Below are positions 9,463-17,958 of a stretch of DNA of 42,796 nt, one piece after another. Source of the DNA: an uncultured Treponema sp. GTDB taxonomy: Bacteria > Spirochaetota > Spirochaetia > Treponematales > Treponemataceae. The position numbers were made by a program, and so were the translations under genes. The first letter of the stretch is position 1. Each line of letters begins with the position of its first letter. The notes beneath the pieces were generated by a model. That model had not been told where the DNA came from and ran no database searches. It worked only from the letters and a program-made list of their open reading frames with translations. Where the stretch lies: NCBI GenBank assembly GCA_937902445.1, contig CALELJ010000039.1, positions 1-42,796 of the forward strand, written 5' to 3'.

Positions 9463-10060
9463 CTTCCGAAAGTTCCTTTGGATGTGAGTGGTTTGTGAAT
9501 CCATAGAAAACGGAACCACCATTGGCTTCGTTTAAGACAATGTCTGTGATCTCCGAATTTCCCGATCCGCTTTTTCCCTTCAATACAATGCTGCTCATTA
9601 CCGAAGCGACAGTCTTGTCCTTTGGTTCAAGGGAAACTGTCCATGTATCTGCGCCGGATGACTCAAATGTCAAAGTGAAATTCTGACTAAGCTTTGATAC
9701 ATCGTTTGAGAAAAGGGCAAGCAAAGTGGATGACACGCTTTTGAAGGCATCGTTTCCCCGGGCGTCAGTGACCTTTCTTTTTCCGTCCGAGCCAATCTGA
9801 ACCATGTAGTCTGCACCAAGGACCAGAGTCGAAGGGAAAGGCTTCAAGGTATTCCAGAGAATTCCTTCCGTGCTGAAAATAAATTTTCCATTGGAGCTGA
9901 GTTTCTTGCCCGTCTTTGCGATTGTCTTTGACTGAAGAAAATCACCTTTTGTGATCCTGTTTTTTGAAAGGTCGGAACAAATCGACTCAAGAGAAATGTT
10001 CTGCGAAAATGCGAGGGCACCGCAAAAAACAAGCGCCGCCATAAAAATATGTTTTTTCAT
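9434..10060 (-). CDS. LolA-like periplasmic carrier, ApeL-like
   Basis: Signal peptide; GDFLQSKTI...LSSNGKFIFSTEGILWNTLKPFPS and WTVSLEPKD pattern of LolA-fold APE proteins. Confidence 0.85.
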   Translation of the reverse strand: MKKHIFMAALVFCGALAFSQNISLESICSDLSKNRITKGDFLQSKTIAKTGKKLSSNGKFIFSTEGILWNTLKPFPSTLVLGADYMVQIGSDGKRKVTDARGNDAFKSVSSTLLALFSNDVSKLSQNFTLTFESSGADTWTVSLEPKDKTVASVMSSIVLKGKSGSGNSEITDIVLNEANGGSVFYGFTNHSHPKELSEDEKSCFNNK

Positions 10061-10091
10061 GCAATAAATCCTTTGTATTAATTCTGTCAGT

Positions 10092-10520
10092 TTATTTCTT
10101 TAACGCCATTGCTTCCTTCATTTTTTCAATGAAAGTTTCAGGACAGACATACATTGTCTCTCCCGTAGCGACCTTCACCACCATCTGTGTGGATTCCGCC
10201 TTCGTCACAAGATCACCATTTGAGTTGTAGATTTCGTATTTTATCTTGAGGCAGTTTTCATATTCAGTGACGGAAGATCTTATTTTTGCCACCTCGTTGA
10301 ATTTGAGGGATTTCAGATAGCGTACCTTTATGTCGACCACAGGGAATGCATAGCCTTCGTTTTTCATCGACAGGTAATTGTATCCAATCTCATCAAGAAG
10401 GGCACAACGGCCTACTTCCATGAAACGTATATAGTTTCCGTGGTAGGCAATGTCCATTGAATCGACATCATAGAATTCAACCTTAAAATCCTTTTCGACC
10501 GTATAAAACTCTTTGTCCAT
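10092..10520 (-). CDS. Acyl-CoA thioesterase (4HBT/YbgC family), ApeK-like
   Basis: VEFYDVDSMDIAYHGNYIRFMEVGRCALL motif. Confidence 0.9.
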   Translation of the reverse strand: MDKEFYTVEKDFKVEFYDVDSMDIAYHGNYIRFMEVGRCALLDEIGYNYLSMKNEGYAFPVVDIKVRYLKSLKFNEVAKIRSSVTEYENCLKIKYEIYNSNGDLVTKAESTQMVVKVATGETMYVCPETFIEKMKEAMALKK

Positions 10521-10522
10521 TC

Positions 10523-11479
10523 TTATTCCTCGCTCCAGAAATCAAAGAAATTGTACCACTGGTTCGGGAACCACATACAGTACTTTTCAAGAACCATCAC
10601 ATAGTTTTCACAAAGACGGTTTATTCTTGCATTCCTTTCATTACGCCTGCAGTCATTGAAATCAATGTCAGACCTGTGCATATAGACCGCGTTGATCGGC
10701 CTCAGCATTACAGGTTCGTCCCTGAGTCCAAAACAGAAATAGGTCGGACAATTAAGAAGGGCGGCAATAAGGAAAACTCCATAAGGAAAGTTCGCCTCCT
10801 TGCCAAGAAATTTTGTCCTGATGAACCTGTTGCTTGAATGGGCGGAAATTCTGTCGCCGGTTATGACGACGATTTCTCCGTTCTGGATTTTTTCCTGAAG
10901 CTGGATTATGGTTTCCGGAGTTATGTCTGTGGGATCTATGGCAGTCATTTCATAATCTTCATTTACACTCTTCATCACATTGTTGAATTTTTCAGAAGAC
11001 TTTATTTCCATTATCACCGTCACGGGAATCACATGGTCCACACCTGCGCGGCTGAAAGTAGAAAGGCTTCTTAGAAGATCCATGTTGCCAAGATGTGAAG
11101 TGATCAGAAGACAGCCCTGGCCTTTATCAAGGTTTTCCCAATAGTCATCAATATCATCGTCATTATAGAAAACATCTTCCGCCTCAATTTTTCCGATCCA
11201 TCCTGCGATGCGTTCAACAAGGCAGAGACTGAAGGAGAAGATCGTCCTGTAGATTGAAATTTTATGGGGAACATGACCACCGGTGAAAGTCCTCATCTGA
11301 TTCTGGAATCTTCTGATTTCCCTGCGGGCACGGGCTGAAAATAAATAGTAGAAAAATGCGACCGGAAATATTATTGCGCACACAACTGGAAGCGGAAGAA
11401 CTTTGACCAGCCATAACGTGAAGAGAATCGGAGCACTTGTGTGGACCTGTTCCTTTTCCTTGTACCACTGTCTATTCAT
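10523..11479 (-). CDS. LpxL/LpxP-family acyltransferase (C-terminal half of ApeJ)
   Basis: SHLGNMD, GDR, FLGKEANFPYG and PNQWYNFFDFW motifs. Confidence 0.85.
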   Translation of the reverse strand: MNRQWYKEKEQVHTSAPILFTLWLVKVLPLPVVCAIIFPVAFFYYLFSARARREIRRFQNQMRTFTGGHVPHKISIYRTIFSFSLCLVERIAGWIGKIEAEDVFYNDDDIDDYWENLDKGQGCLLITSHLGNMDLLRSLSTFSRAGVDHVIPVTVIMEIKSSEKFNNVMKSVNEDYEMTAIDPTDITPETIIQLQEKIQNGEIVVITGDRISAHSSNRFIRTKFLGKEANFPYGVFLIAALLNCPTYFCFGLRDEPVMLRPINAVYMHRSDIDFNDCRRNERNARINRLCENYVMVLEKYCMWFPNQWYNFFDFWSEE

Positions 11480-12230
11480 TTTTTTTCAAACCTCTTTTAA
11501 CTGCCCTGAAAACCAGAACCGGCGAACGGAACATCATGCCTATGCACAGCCTTGTATAGGCAAGTGAAATGTGGATGTTGTCGCGCACCAGGCGGAAATT
11601 TGACACACCGTCCTTAGGGTAGCTGATTTTCACCGGACTTTGAACCACAGGAATATTCTTCCACATCATGTGGGCAAGGATATCCAGATCATAGCCCATG
11701 TGGCTGTCTATGACCGCATGATTTTTCAGCAATTTATAGTAGGGAGCCACTGGATACACACGGAACCCTATGAGGCAGTCCCTGATCTCATTTGAAATGG
11801 TGACGATATGGATCCAGGTGTTGGCGATTTTTCTTGCCTTGAGACGCGCAGGCGGAACCGTTCCGTCGTATTCAGGATAGCCGCAGATTATGCTTCCGGG
11901 ATTTTTCTCTGAAAGCTCAAGGAAATGTTCCACCTGGGACACATCATGCTGGCCGTCGGAATCTATCTGAAGGACGTGGGTGATTCCAAGTTCATGGGCC
12001 TTTCTCACACCGTCATTGACAGCCCTGCCCTTGCCTCCGTTTTTTTCCCGCCAGATGACCACAACACTGGAATACTTTGACTCAACCCCGCGTATGAATT
12101 TCTTGTCCTCTTCTCCATTTCCGTCATCAACGACAATGATGGGACAGTTGAATTTTTGCAATGAGGAAACAACATAATCCAAAGTCGATCCGTGCCTGTA
12201 CACCGGAACAATAAAAGCAAATCTATTCAT
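11472..12230 (-). CDS. GT2 glycosyltransferase (N-terminal half of ApeJ)
   Basis: IVPVY, VVDDG, NGGKG, QIDSDGQH, GFRVYP, GVSNFRLVRDNIHIS. Confidence 0.9.
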   Translation of the reverse strand: MNRFAFIVPVYRHGSTLDYVVSSLQKFNCPIIVVDDGNGEEDKKFIRGVESKYSSVVVIWREKNGGKGRAVNDGVRKAHELGITHVLQIDSDGQHDVSQVEHFLELSEKNPGSIICGYPEYDGTVPPARLKARKIANTWIHIVTISNEIRDCLIGFRVYPVAPYYKLLKNHAVIDSHMGYDLDILAHMMWKNIPVVQSPVKISYPKDGVSNFRLVRDNIHISLAYTRLCIGMMFRSPVLVFRAVKRGLKKNE

Positions 12231-12592
12231 CAGTTTTTTCCCGCAACAAATGCCCCGGAAGAGAAAACCTTCGATTCATCAACGGCAGACCAGAGCCTGA
12301 ATGCCACAGTTGATTTTTCCGGATCATATTCAAGTTTCATCCTTACCTTTGCGCCAGGTAGAATCGGTGCTGAAAACTTCATTCTTTTGATTGAGGATAC
12401 TCCCCTGGCAACTCCGAAATATCTGCAGGCAAAACGGGAAATGACCTCAAACTGTCCCACCGCAGGCAGCAGCTTGAACTGTGGGAAATGTCCGTCAAAA
12501 AAATCACTTGATTCCGGAACAAGAAATTCCAGAAGCACGGACGAGTCATCTTTCTCAATCAGGATTTCATTTTCAATGGAGTGGCTGTTCAT
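12230..12592 (-). CDS. Hotdog dehydratase, ApeI-like (FabZ/FabA fold)
   Basis: FFDGHFPQFKLLPAVGQ and MKFSAPILPG motifs. Confidence 0.88.
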   Translation of the reverse strand: MNSHSIENEILIEKDDSSVLLEFLVPESSDFFDGHFPQFKLLPAVGQFEVISRFACRYFGVARGVSSIKRMKFSAPILPGAKVRMKLEYDPEKSTVAFRLWSAVDESKVFSSGAFVAGKN

Positions 12593-12597
12593 CGGCT

Positions 12598-14628
12598 TTA
12601 AGATTCCTGTGAATTCTCAAACATGGCGGCGATTTCAGCCTTGTGCTTCTTGCCCTGTACATCAACAGGAAGTTCATCCACAAAGCGCCATTTCTTTGGG
12701 AGGACTACATTCTCAAAGAACTTCATGAGCCAGTCATGGAAATACCTGTTGATGAGATATTTTTCCGTACCTTCAAATTTTTTCTTACCTTCTGCGTTCA
12801 ACACAACGGCGGCGGCAAGATACTGGCGCACATCATTGGAAAGGGCAATGACCTTTACGTCCGCCACAAGTCCGCTTTCAATAAGGCGGTTCTCAACTTC
12901 CGTCATGGAAATGCGCTTTTCCTCAATTTTTACGATGGAATCGCTTCGTCCCTTCAGAAGGAATTTCTGATCCTCTCCGGTAAATTCAACAAGGTCGGCT
13001 GTTGCAAATCCCTCGGGATCCTTGATGTACGGAGAGATGATTCTGAGGCATCCGTCATCGCCCTTCCATACCTTTGCGTTGTCAAAAGGAGTCCAGACCA
13101 GCTTGTCCTTTTTCTGCTGGCGGTAAGCGATTCCGCTTGTCTCCGTTGAACCGTAGACTTCAAGAGGACAGAATCCAAAAACTTTTTCCGTGCTTACGGC
13201 AAGCTCGGGACTTACGGCACCACCGCTTGTGAAAATCCAGGTGTCATCAAGGGGAAGCTTTTCCTTGGATTCAACGGTGCGCTTGAGGAAAGCAGGAGTT
13301 GCGATGATGATGTATCTGCCGTCATCAAGCTTTTCAAAATCCTCAGGAAACTCAATTCTTGTCCTGCGGAATGGAACTCCCAATGTAAACGGAAGGCAGA
13401 TGCCAAAAAGGAAACCGTAGATATGATGCTGGCTTACTGTCGTAACAAGATGGCGGCTGCAGAATTCCTGCCCCCATTTTGAGATGATGAAGGCGTTGTC
13501 TTCCTCAAACTCCTTCATGCGCTGAGGAACAGCTTTTGGAGTTCCTGTAGAGCCTGACGTGTACATGTAGATGTTTGAATCCTCGCAATTGATTCCAGGC
13601 GCGGTGCGGATCTCGGATTCTGATGGTGATGCGGAGCCTTCGATTATTTCTGGAATAAAGCCGGAACCAGCGATGACCGCGCCGTCCTTCTTCTGGTCAG
13701 TGAGGAATTCAGTTCCGGCTGTCTTGATTTCTGCGATGAAAGACTCAGCTATGTTCTGTGTCAGGTAAACCGTCTTTCCGCTCTGGAGAAGGGCAACAAA
13801 AGAAACAAGGAAATACCAGTAGTCCTCGCAATGAAGAATCCAGTTCCGGGAATTTCTGGATGCAAGGAATTTCCTCATCTTTGCCGTATCCACAAGAAAA
13901 TCCTTCCAGGTCTTATAAGTTCCGGCTGAATACCTTTCCTCATAGCAAAGGATATGGTCATCCTTTCTTGAGTCCGCCTTGAATTTTGAAATCGGATATG
14001 TCTTAATCATTTTTCCATCAACCTTCTTTCTAATGAAAAATTCAACGGTAAAAAGAATCCCCATCAAAACATAGGAGATTCCACCGTTGTATATGGACCA
14101 CACCCTGTCACTTGCAAAGAACGCGGTGTAGACTGAAACGGTTCCGTTGAAAATAAAAAAACCGCACCAGACCAGAGTTACTTTTAGGCAATATTTTTCA
14201 ACGCTGCCTTCCCATGAACTTCCCTTTATGGACCTATCCATGAGGGTTGCGAATCTGAAAATCATGTTGGGCGGCGAAAAAAGAGTACTGCCAAACACCA
14301 CCAGGAAAGTCAGACTTATTACGACCGAGTAAAGTTTAAGGAAAACAACTTTCTGCGTAATAAAACAAAAAAGACCGGCGGCAAGAAAAAGCGCAGAAGA
14401 AACAAGCGGACGCCAGTTCATCACTTTCTTTTTTTCACCTTCACCGGTTTTTGAATTTCCGTCTGCCCTGCCACGAGCCGTTGCGCTCAAAAAAAAGGCA
14501 GAAGCAAGGACGATTATGCACAGGGACAAAATCCTGACCGGAAGCTTGAACACCACAAGAAATGCAAACACCAGCACAGGATATATGGCGGCCAATGCAT
14601 AGAACAAAATCTTGAGCAGTCCGGACAA
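12598..14628 (-). CDS. Fusion of an ApeG-like membrane protein (COG4648-type) with an ApeH-like AMP-binding acyl-ACP/CoA ligase
   Basis: N-terminal ~200 aa hydrophobic with YCLKVTLVWCGFFIFNG and WSIYNGGISY. C-terminal part has YTSGSTGTPK, QHHIYG, EVYGSTETSGIA, GRSDSIVKIEEKRIS and LPVDVQGK. TTG start preceded by AGGAAGAG. Confidence 0.9.
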   Translation of the reverse strand: MSGLLKILFYALAAIYPVLVFAFLVVFKLPVRILSLCIIVLASAFFLSATARGRADGNSKTGEGEKKKVMNWRPLVSSALFLAAGLFCFITQKVVFLKLYSVVISLTFLVVFGSTLFSPPNMIFRFATLMDRSIKGSSWEGSVEKYCLKVTLVWCGFFIFNGTVSVYTAFFASDRVWSIYNGGISYVLMGILFTVEFFIRKKVDGKMIKTYPISKFKADSRKDDHILCYEERYSAGTYKTWKDFLVDTAKMRKFLASRNSRNWILHCEDYWYFLVSFVALLQSGKTVYLTQNIAESFIAEIKTAGTEFLTDQKKDGAVIAGSGFIPEIIEGSASPSESEIRTAPGINCEDSNIYMYTSGSTGTPKAVPQRMKEFEEDNAFIISKWGQEFCSRHLVTTVSQHHIYGFLFGICLPFTLGVPFRRTRIEFPEDFEKLDDGRYIIIATPAFLKRTVESKEKLPLDDTWIFTSGGAVSPELAVSTEKVFGFCPLEVYGSTETSGIAYRQQKKDKLVWTPFDNAKVWKGDDGCLRIISPYIKDPEGFATADLVEFTGEDQKFLLKGRSDSIVKIEEKRISMTEVENRLIESGLVADVKVIALSNDVRQYLAAAVVLNAEGKKKFEGTEKYLINRYFHDWLMKFFENVVLPKKWRFVDELPVDVQGKKHKAEIAAMFENSQES

Positions 14629-14637
14629 ATTCTCTTC

Positions 14638-14889
14638 CTATGCCCAGACAGCTGCCAATGCGTCAACCACATCCTGAACGGTCTTTACTTCCTTGAAAAT
14701 GGAAGCATCGATGGCAGGTTTTCCTTCAGGTGTGTATTCCTTCATTTTAACAACAAGATCAATCGCATCGATTGAATCCAGGTCCAGATCATCTCCAAGA
14801 AGGGCTTCAGGAGTAACCTGGGATTCCTCAAGCTCAAAAACAGAAACAAGTATTTCTCTGAGCTTCACAAAAATTTCATCTTTTGTCAT
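14638..14889 (-). CDS. Acyl carrier protein, ApeF-like
   Basis: Acidic 83-aa protein with DLDLDSIDAIDL phosphopantetheine site. Confidence 0.92.
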   Translation of the reverse strand: MTKDEIFVKLREILVSVFELEESQVTPEALLGDDLDLDSIDAIDLVVKMKEYTPEGKPAIDASIFKEVKTVQDVVDALAAVWA

Positions 14890-14898
14890 AGCTGACCC

Positions 14899-15165
14899 CT
14901 AGTTTGCCTTTGCGCGTTCCGCAACGATGTACTGTGCAAGTGAGTCTACTGAAGCAAAAATCTTCTTTGTATCCTCGCCTTCTGTTGCAAATTTAATGCC
15001 GAATTTCTTTTTGAGTGCGACCCCAAGTTCAAGGGCATCAATTGAATCCAAACCGAGTCCTTCGTTGAACAAAGGAGCATCGTCCACAATATTTTCCGGC
15101 TTGATGTCTTCAAGCTGGAGAGACGAAATTATTGTTTCCTTTATTTCCTGTTTCAATGCGTCCAT
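14899..15165 (-). CDS. Acyl carrier protein, ApeE-like
   Basis: APLFNEGLGLDSIDALELG motif; RBS AGGGGA upstream. Confidence 0.92.
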   Translation of the reverse strand: MDALKQEIKETIISSLQLEDIKPENIVDDAPLFNEGLGLDSIDALELGVALKKKFGIKFATEGEDTKKIFASVDSLAQYIVAERAKAN

Positions 15166-15197
15166 AAAAAGTCCCCTAAAAACAAATACTTATATTA

Positions 15198-15226
15198 ATT
15201 ATATTGTAGAAATCCCGCTGATTCAA
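15198..15226 (-). promoter_or_regulatory. Sigma70-type promoter of the apeE-R operon
   Basis: Minus strand TTGAAT (15226-15221), 17 nt, TATAAT (15203-15198). Confidence 0.7.
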
Positions 15227-15266
15227 CACGGCGGAATTTTTGTATAGTTAAAGTTCCACAGCCATG

Positions 15267-15295
15267 TTGAAAAAACAACTTTTTTTCTTTAAAGT
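15267..15295 (+). promoter_or_regulatory. Sigma70-type promoter of the divergent apeBCD operon
   Basis: TTGAAA (15267-15272), 17 nt, TAAAGT (15290-15295); GAGGA RBS before ATG 15317. Confidence 0.65.
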
Positions 15296-15316
15296 TTCTT
15301 CTATAAATGAGGAACT

Positions 15317-16432
15317 ATGGACAAATCTAAATATTCTTTCGACAAATACAAGGACGACAGTCTTCGTGCCATCGATGCACGTTTTGAGGCGCAGAAAATA
15401 GCTTTTGCTCCAATGACTTTCCAGGCTGTCAGGGCAATGATCGAGCTGGGTCTGCTGGGCCTCATTGAGGATGCCGGAGAAGACGGAATCACCATCGCCG
15501 ACCTTGCCAGAAAAACAAACCTTACGGAATATGGTGCAGGCGTTCTTTGCGAGATGGCTCTTGGAATGAACGTTGTCCGCCTTTCAAAAAATTCCACATG
15601 CCAGAAAGATGAACATTATGTTTTAGGGAAAACAGGCTGGTTCCTGCTGAACGACACACTCACAAAGGTAAATTTCAATTTCACCAACGACATATGCTAC
15701 AAGGGTGCCTTCAAGCTAAAGGAATCTGTGGTGAACGGCAAACCTGAAGGACTCAAGGAATTTTCCGACAAGTGGACGGTAATCTACGAAGGCCTTTCAC
15801 AGCTGGATGAACGATCAAAGAAATCCTGGTTTGAATTTGACCACTTCTATTCCGACATAGCATTTCCTGTGGCTCTTCCCGTGGTCTTTGGAAACAAGGC
15901 TCCTTCCACTCTTGTAGACATTGGAGGCAACACGGCAAAATGGTCCATCGCATGCTGCAGATACAATCCTGACGTAAAGGTAACGATCGTTGACCTTCCG
16001 GGACAGACTGCGGTGGCGGAAAAAAATGCGGCGGCGGCAGGTTTTGCAGACCGCATCTCCACCTGCAGCGGAAACGTCCTTGATGAGACGACAAGACTTC
16101 CTTCAGGTGCCGACGCCTACTGGATGAGCCAGTTCCTGGACTGCTTCAGCCTAAAGCAGGTTACGAAGATCGCAAAGAAAATCTACGAAGCCGCGGGAGA
16201 CAACAGCACGGTCTATGTACTTGAGCCTTTATGGGACAAGCAGCAGTTTGAAGGAAATGCATATTCCGTCATGGCGACATCACTTTATTTTACATGCATG
16301 GCAAACGGCAACAGCAAGATGTACCGCTTTGAGGAACTCCGTGACGCAATCGAAGCTTCAGGGTTCCGGCTGAAGGATGCCCACCACAACCTTGGAAGCA
16401 ACGCATATTCCCTTCTGGAATTCGGTAAATGA
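15317..16432 (+). CDS. SAM-dependent methyltransferase (Methyltransf_2 fold), ApeB-like
   Basis: EAQKIAFAP N-terminus, SWFEFDHFYSD, VDIGGNT SAM motif, WMSQFLDCFS, SLYFTCMANGNSKMY. Confidence 0.9.
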   Translation: MDKSKYSFDKYKDDSLRAIDARFEAQKIAFAPMTFQAVRAMIELGLLGLIEDAGEDGITIADLARKTNLTEYGAGVLCEMALGMNVVRLSKNSTCQKDEHYVLGKTGWFLLNDTLTKVNFNFTNDICYKGAFKLKESVVNGKPEGLKEFSDKWTVIYEGLSQLDERSKKSWFEFDHFYSDIAFPVALPVVFGNKAPSTLVDIGGNTAKWSIACCRYNPDVKVTIVDLPGQTAVAEKNAAAAGFADRISTCSGNVLDETTRLPSGADAYWMSQFLDCFSLKQVTKIAKKIYEAAGDNSTVYVLEPLWDKQQFEGNAYSVMATSLYFTCMANGNSKMYRFEELRDAIEASGFRLKDAHHNLGSNAYSLLEFGK

Positions 16433-17067
16433 AATTCTACGTCAGCAACACAAAAGCATGGGCTCCGGGAATTGAAAACGGACTCGATGCAATACAGAAC
16501 GAAAAGGTCTCTCCAAAAATCGAATTCACGGATCCGTTGTTCCGCAGAAGGTTCAGCCAGATAACAAAAATGACTGTTCAGGTTGTACACGACGTGATTG
16601 AGGAAGTTCCAGAGGCAAAGGACTGCAAGATCGTTTTTGTTTCGTTCCGCGGTGAGATCGAGAGGGAATTTGCCATCGATAAAATGGTGATCGAAGACAA
16701 GATGATTTTGCCCGCAGCATTTTCACTTTCCGTATTCAACACACCGATAGCAGCCGCAACCATAGCCCTGGGCCTTAAGGGCGGATACAGCTGCATCTAT
16801 CCTTCACAGGGAAATTTCCGAGACGCACTTGTTTCAGCAGCATCAAGCGTTTTAAGCGGAGACGAGAAGAAAATTCTTTTTGTCTATGGGGATGAAAAAA
16901 TTCCTGCGGAGTACGAGGACACCCTTAAAAACTACAATGTTCCGGGGCCACATGTTCCCCTTTCATTCGCATGCATTCTTTCGGCTGAAAAAACAGAAGG
17001 CGCAAGGGAATTTTCCATGGACTGTCTGGATGCAGTTCCGCTGGATTTCCTGAAAAAGGCACTATAG
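16429..17067 (+). CDS. Ketosynthase chain-length factor, ApeC-like (Ketoacyl-synt_2)
   Basis: RRRFSQITKM, VFVSFRGE, PAAFSLSVFN, YGDE; ATGA overlap with the methyltransferase. Confidence 0.85.
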   Translation: MKFYVSNTKAWAPGIENGLDAIQNEKVSPKIEFTDPLFRRRFSQITKMTVQVVHDVIEEVPEAKDCKIVFVSFRGEIEREFAIDKMVIEDKMILPAAFSLSVFNTPIAAATIALGLKGGYSCIYPSQGNFRDALVSAASSVLSGDEKKILFVYGDEKIPAEYEDTLKNYNVPGPHVPLSFACILSAEKTEGAREFSMDCLDAVPLDFLKKAL

Positions 17068-17079
17068 GAAACGTAACCG

Positions 17080-17940
17080 ATGGAACAAAAAGAAATGGAT
17101 GACAAATACAGCTGGAATGATCTCCCAAGGCCGACAAATCCCGTTCTCCACGCCTACAGATGTTTCATGAAACTTTTCTGGATTTTTGTCATAGGAGCCG
17201 GGTCCCTGGTTCTGGCATTTCTTGTATTTCCCCTGCTCAAAATATTCATCCACCCAAAAGACAGGTTCAAGATTGCAGCCCAAAGGTTCGTTTCGGCCAC
17301 ATTCAGATTCTTCATGTCCATGCTCAAGGCATCCCGAATCTCCTACATGACAACGGATGCGGAAGACCAGCTGAAAAACCTGCGTTCCAAGGTTGTCATC
17401 GCAAACCATCCTTCGATGCTTGATACAGTTGTTCTCGTTGCCCTCATTCCAAACACAACGGTGATTGCCGGTGAAAAATATTCCCGTGGAGTTTTCGGCG
17501 GAGTGATAAAGGCCTGCTACATAATTAACTCACTTGACTTTGACGAACTTTGCAGAAGATGCAGGGAAAGCCTGGATCTTGGAAGCAACGTGCTGATTTT
17601 TCCGGAAGGAACAAGAACTCCACGGCACGGACATAATTCATTCAAGAAGGGAGCTGCCAGAATCGCAAGGGCAGCTGGTGTAAACATTCTGCCGGTCTAT
17701 ATTGCTGGAAGCGACAAATTCGGACTTGGGAAAAACAACCCCTTCTGGAGTTTCAATCCGGTGGAACAGCTGATATACCATGTAATCCCGCTTGAGGAAA
17801 TCGACACCAGCGAATACTCGGAACTTACGGATCCAATTGCAGCCAAAAGAATCACCCGGAAATGCCGCGACCAGCTATGTGACGCCGCCGAGGCATACAA
17901 AAAAGACCATCCCCTTACGAAGACGGTCAATAATTTTTGA
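17080..17940 (+). CDS. PlsC-family lysophospholipid acyltransferase, ApeD-like
   Basis: IANHPSMLD (HxxxxD), IFPEGTRT, FKKGAA; N-terminal TM segment. Confidence 0.9.
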   Translation: MEQKEMDDKYSWNDLPRPTNPVLHAYRCFMKLFWIFVIGAGSLVLAFLVFPLLKIFIHPKDRFKIAAQRFVSATFRFFMSMLKASRISYMTTDAEDQLKNLRSKVVIANHPSMLDTVVLVALIPNTTVIAGEKYSRGVFGGVIKACYIINSLDFDELCRRCRESLDLGSNVLIFPEGTRTPRHGHNSFKKGAARIARAAGVNILPVYIAGSDKFGLGKNNPFWSFNPVEQLIYHVIPLEEIDTSEYSELTDPIAAKRITRKCRDQLCDAAEAYKKDHPLTKTVNNF

Positions 17941-17958
17941 CGGGATTGAGGGGCGCCG

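Noticed and set aside
15203..15214. 12-mer GATTTCTACAAT shared between the ACP promoter (minus strand) and the TAXI promoter region (36471-36482)
   Set aside because: Non-palindromic, AT-rich, at different positions relative to -35/-10, and only two copies; chance cannot be excluded.
2782..17940. Cluster as the ordinary housekeeping FAS II locus or a recent mobile island
   Set aside because: No fabH/fabD/enoyl reductase/acc genes, while APE-specific export and transferase genes are present; no integrase, tRNA, att repeats or evident compositional shift.
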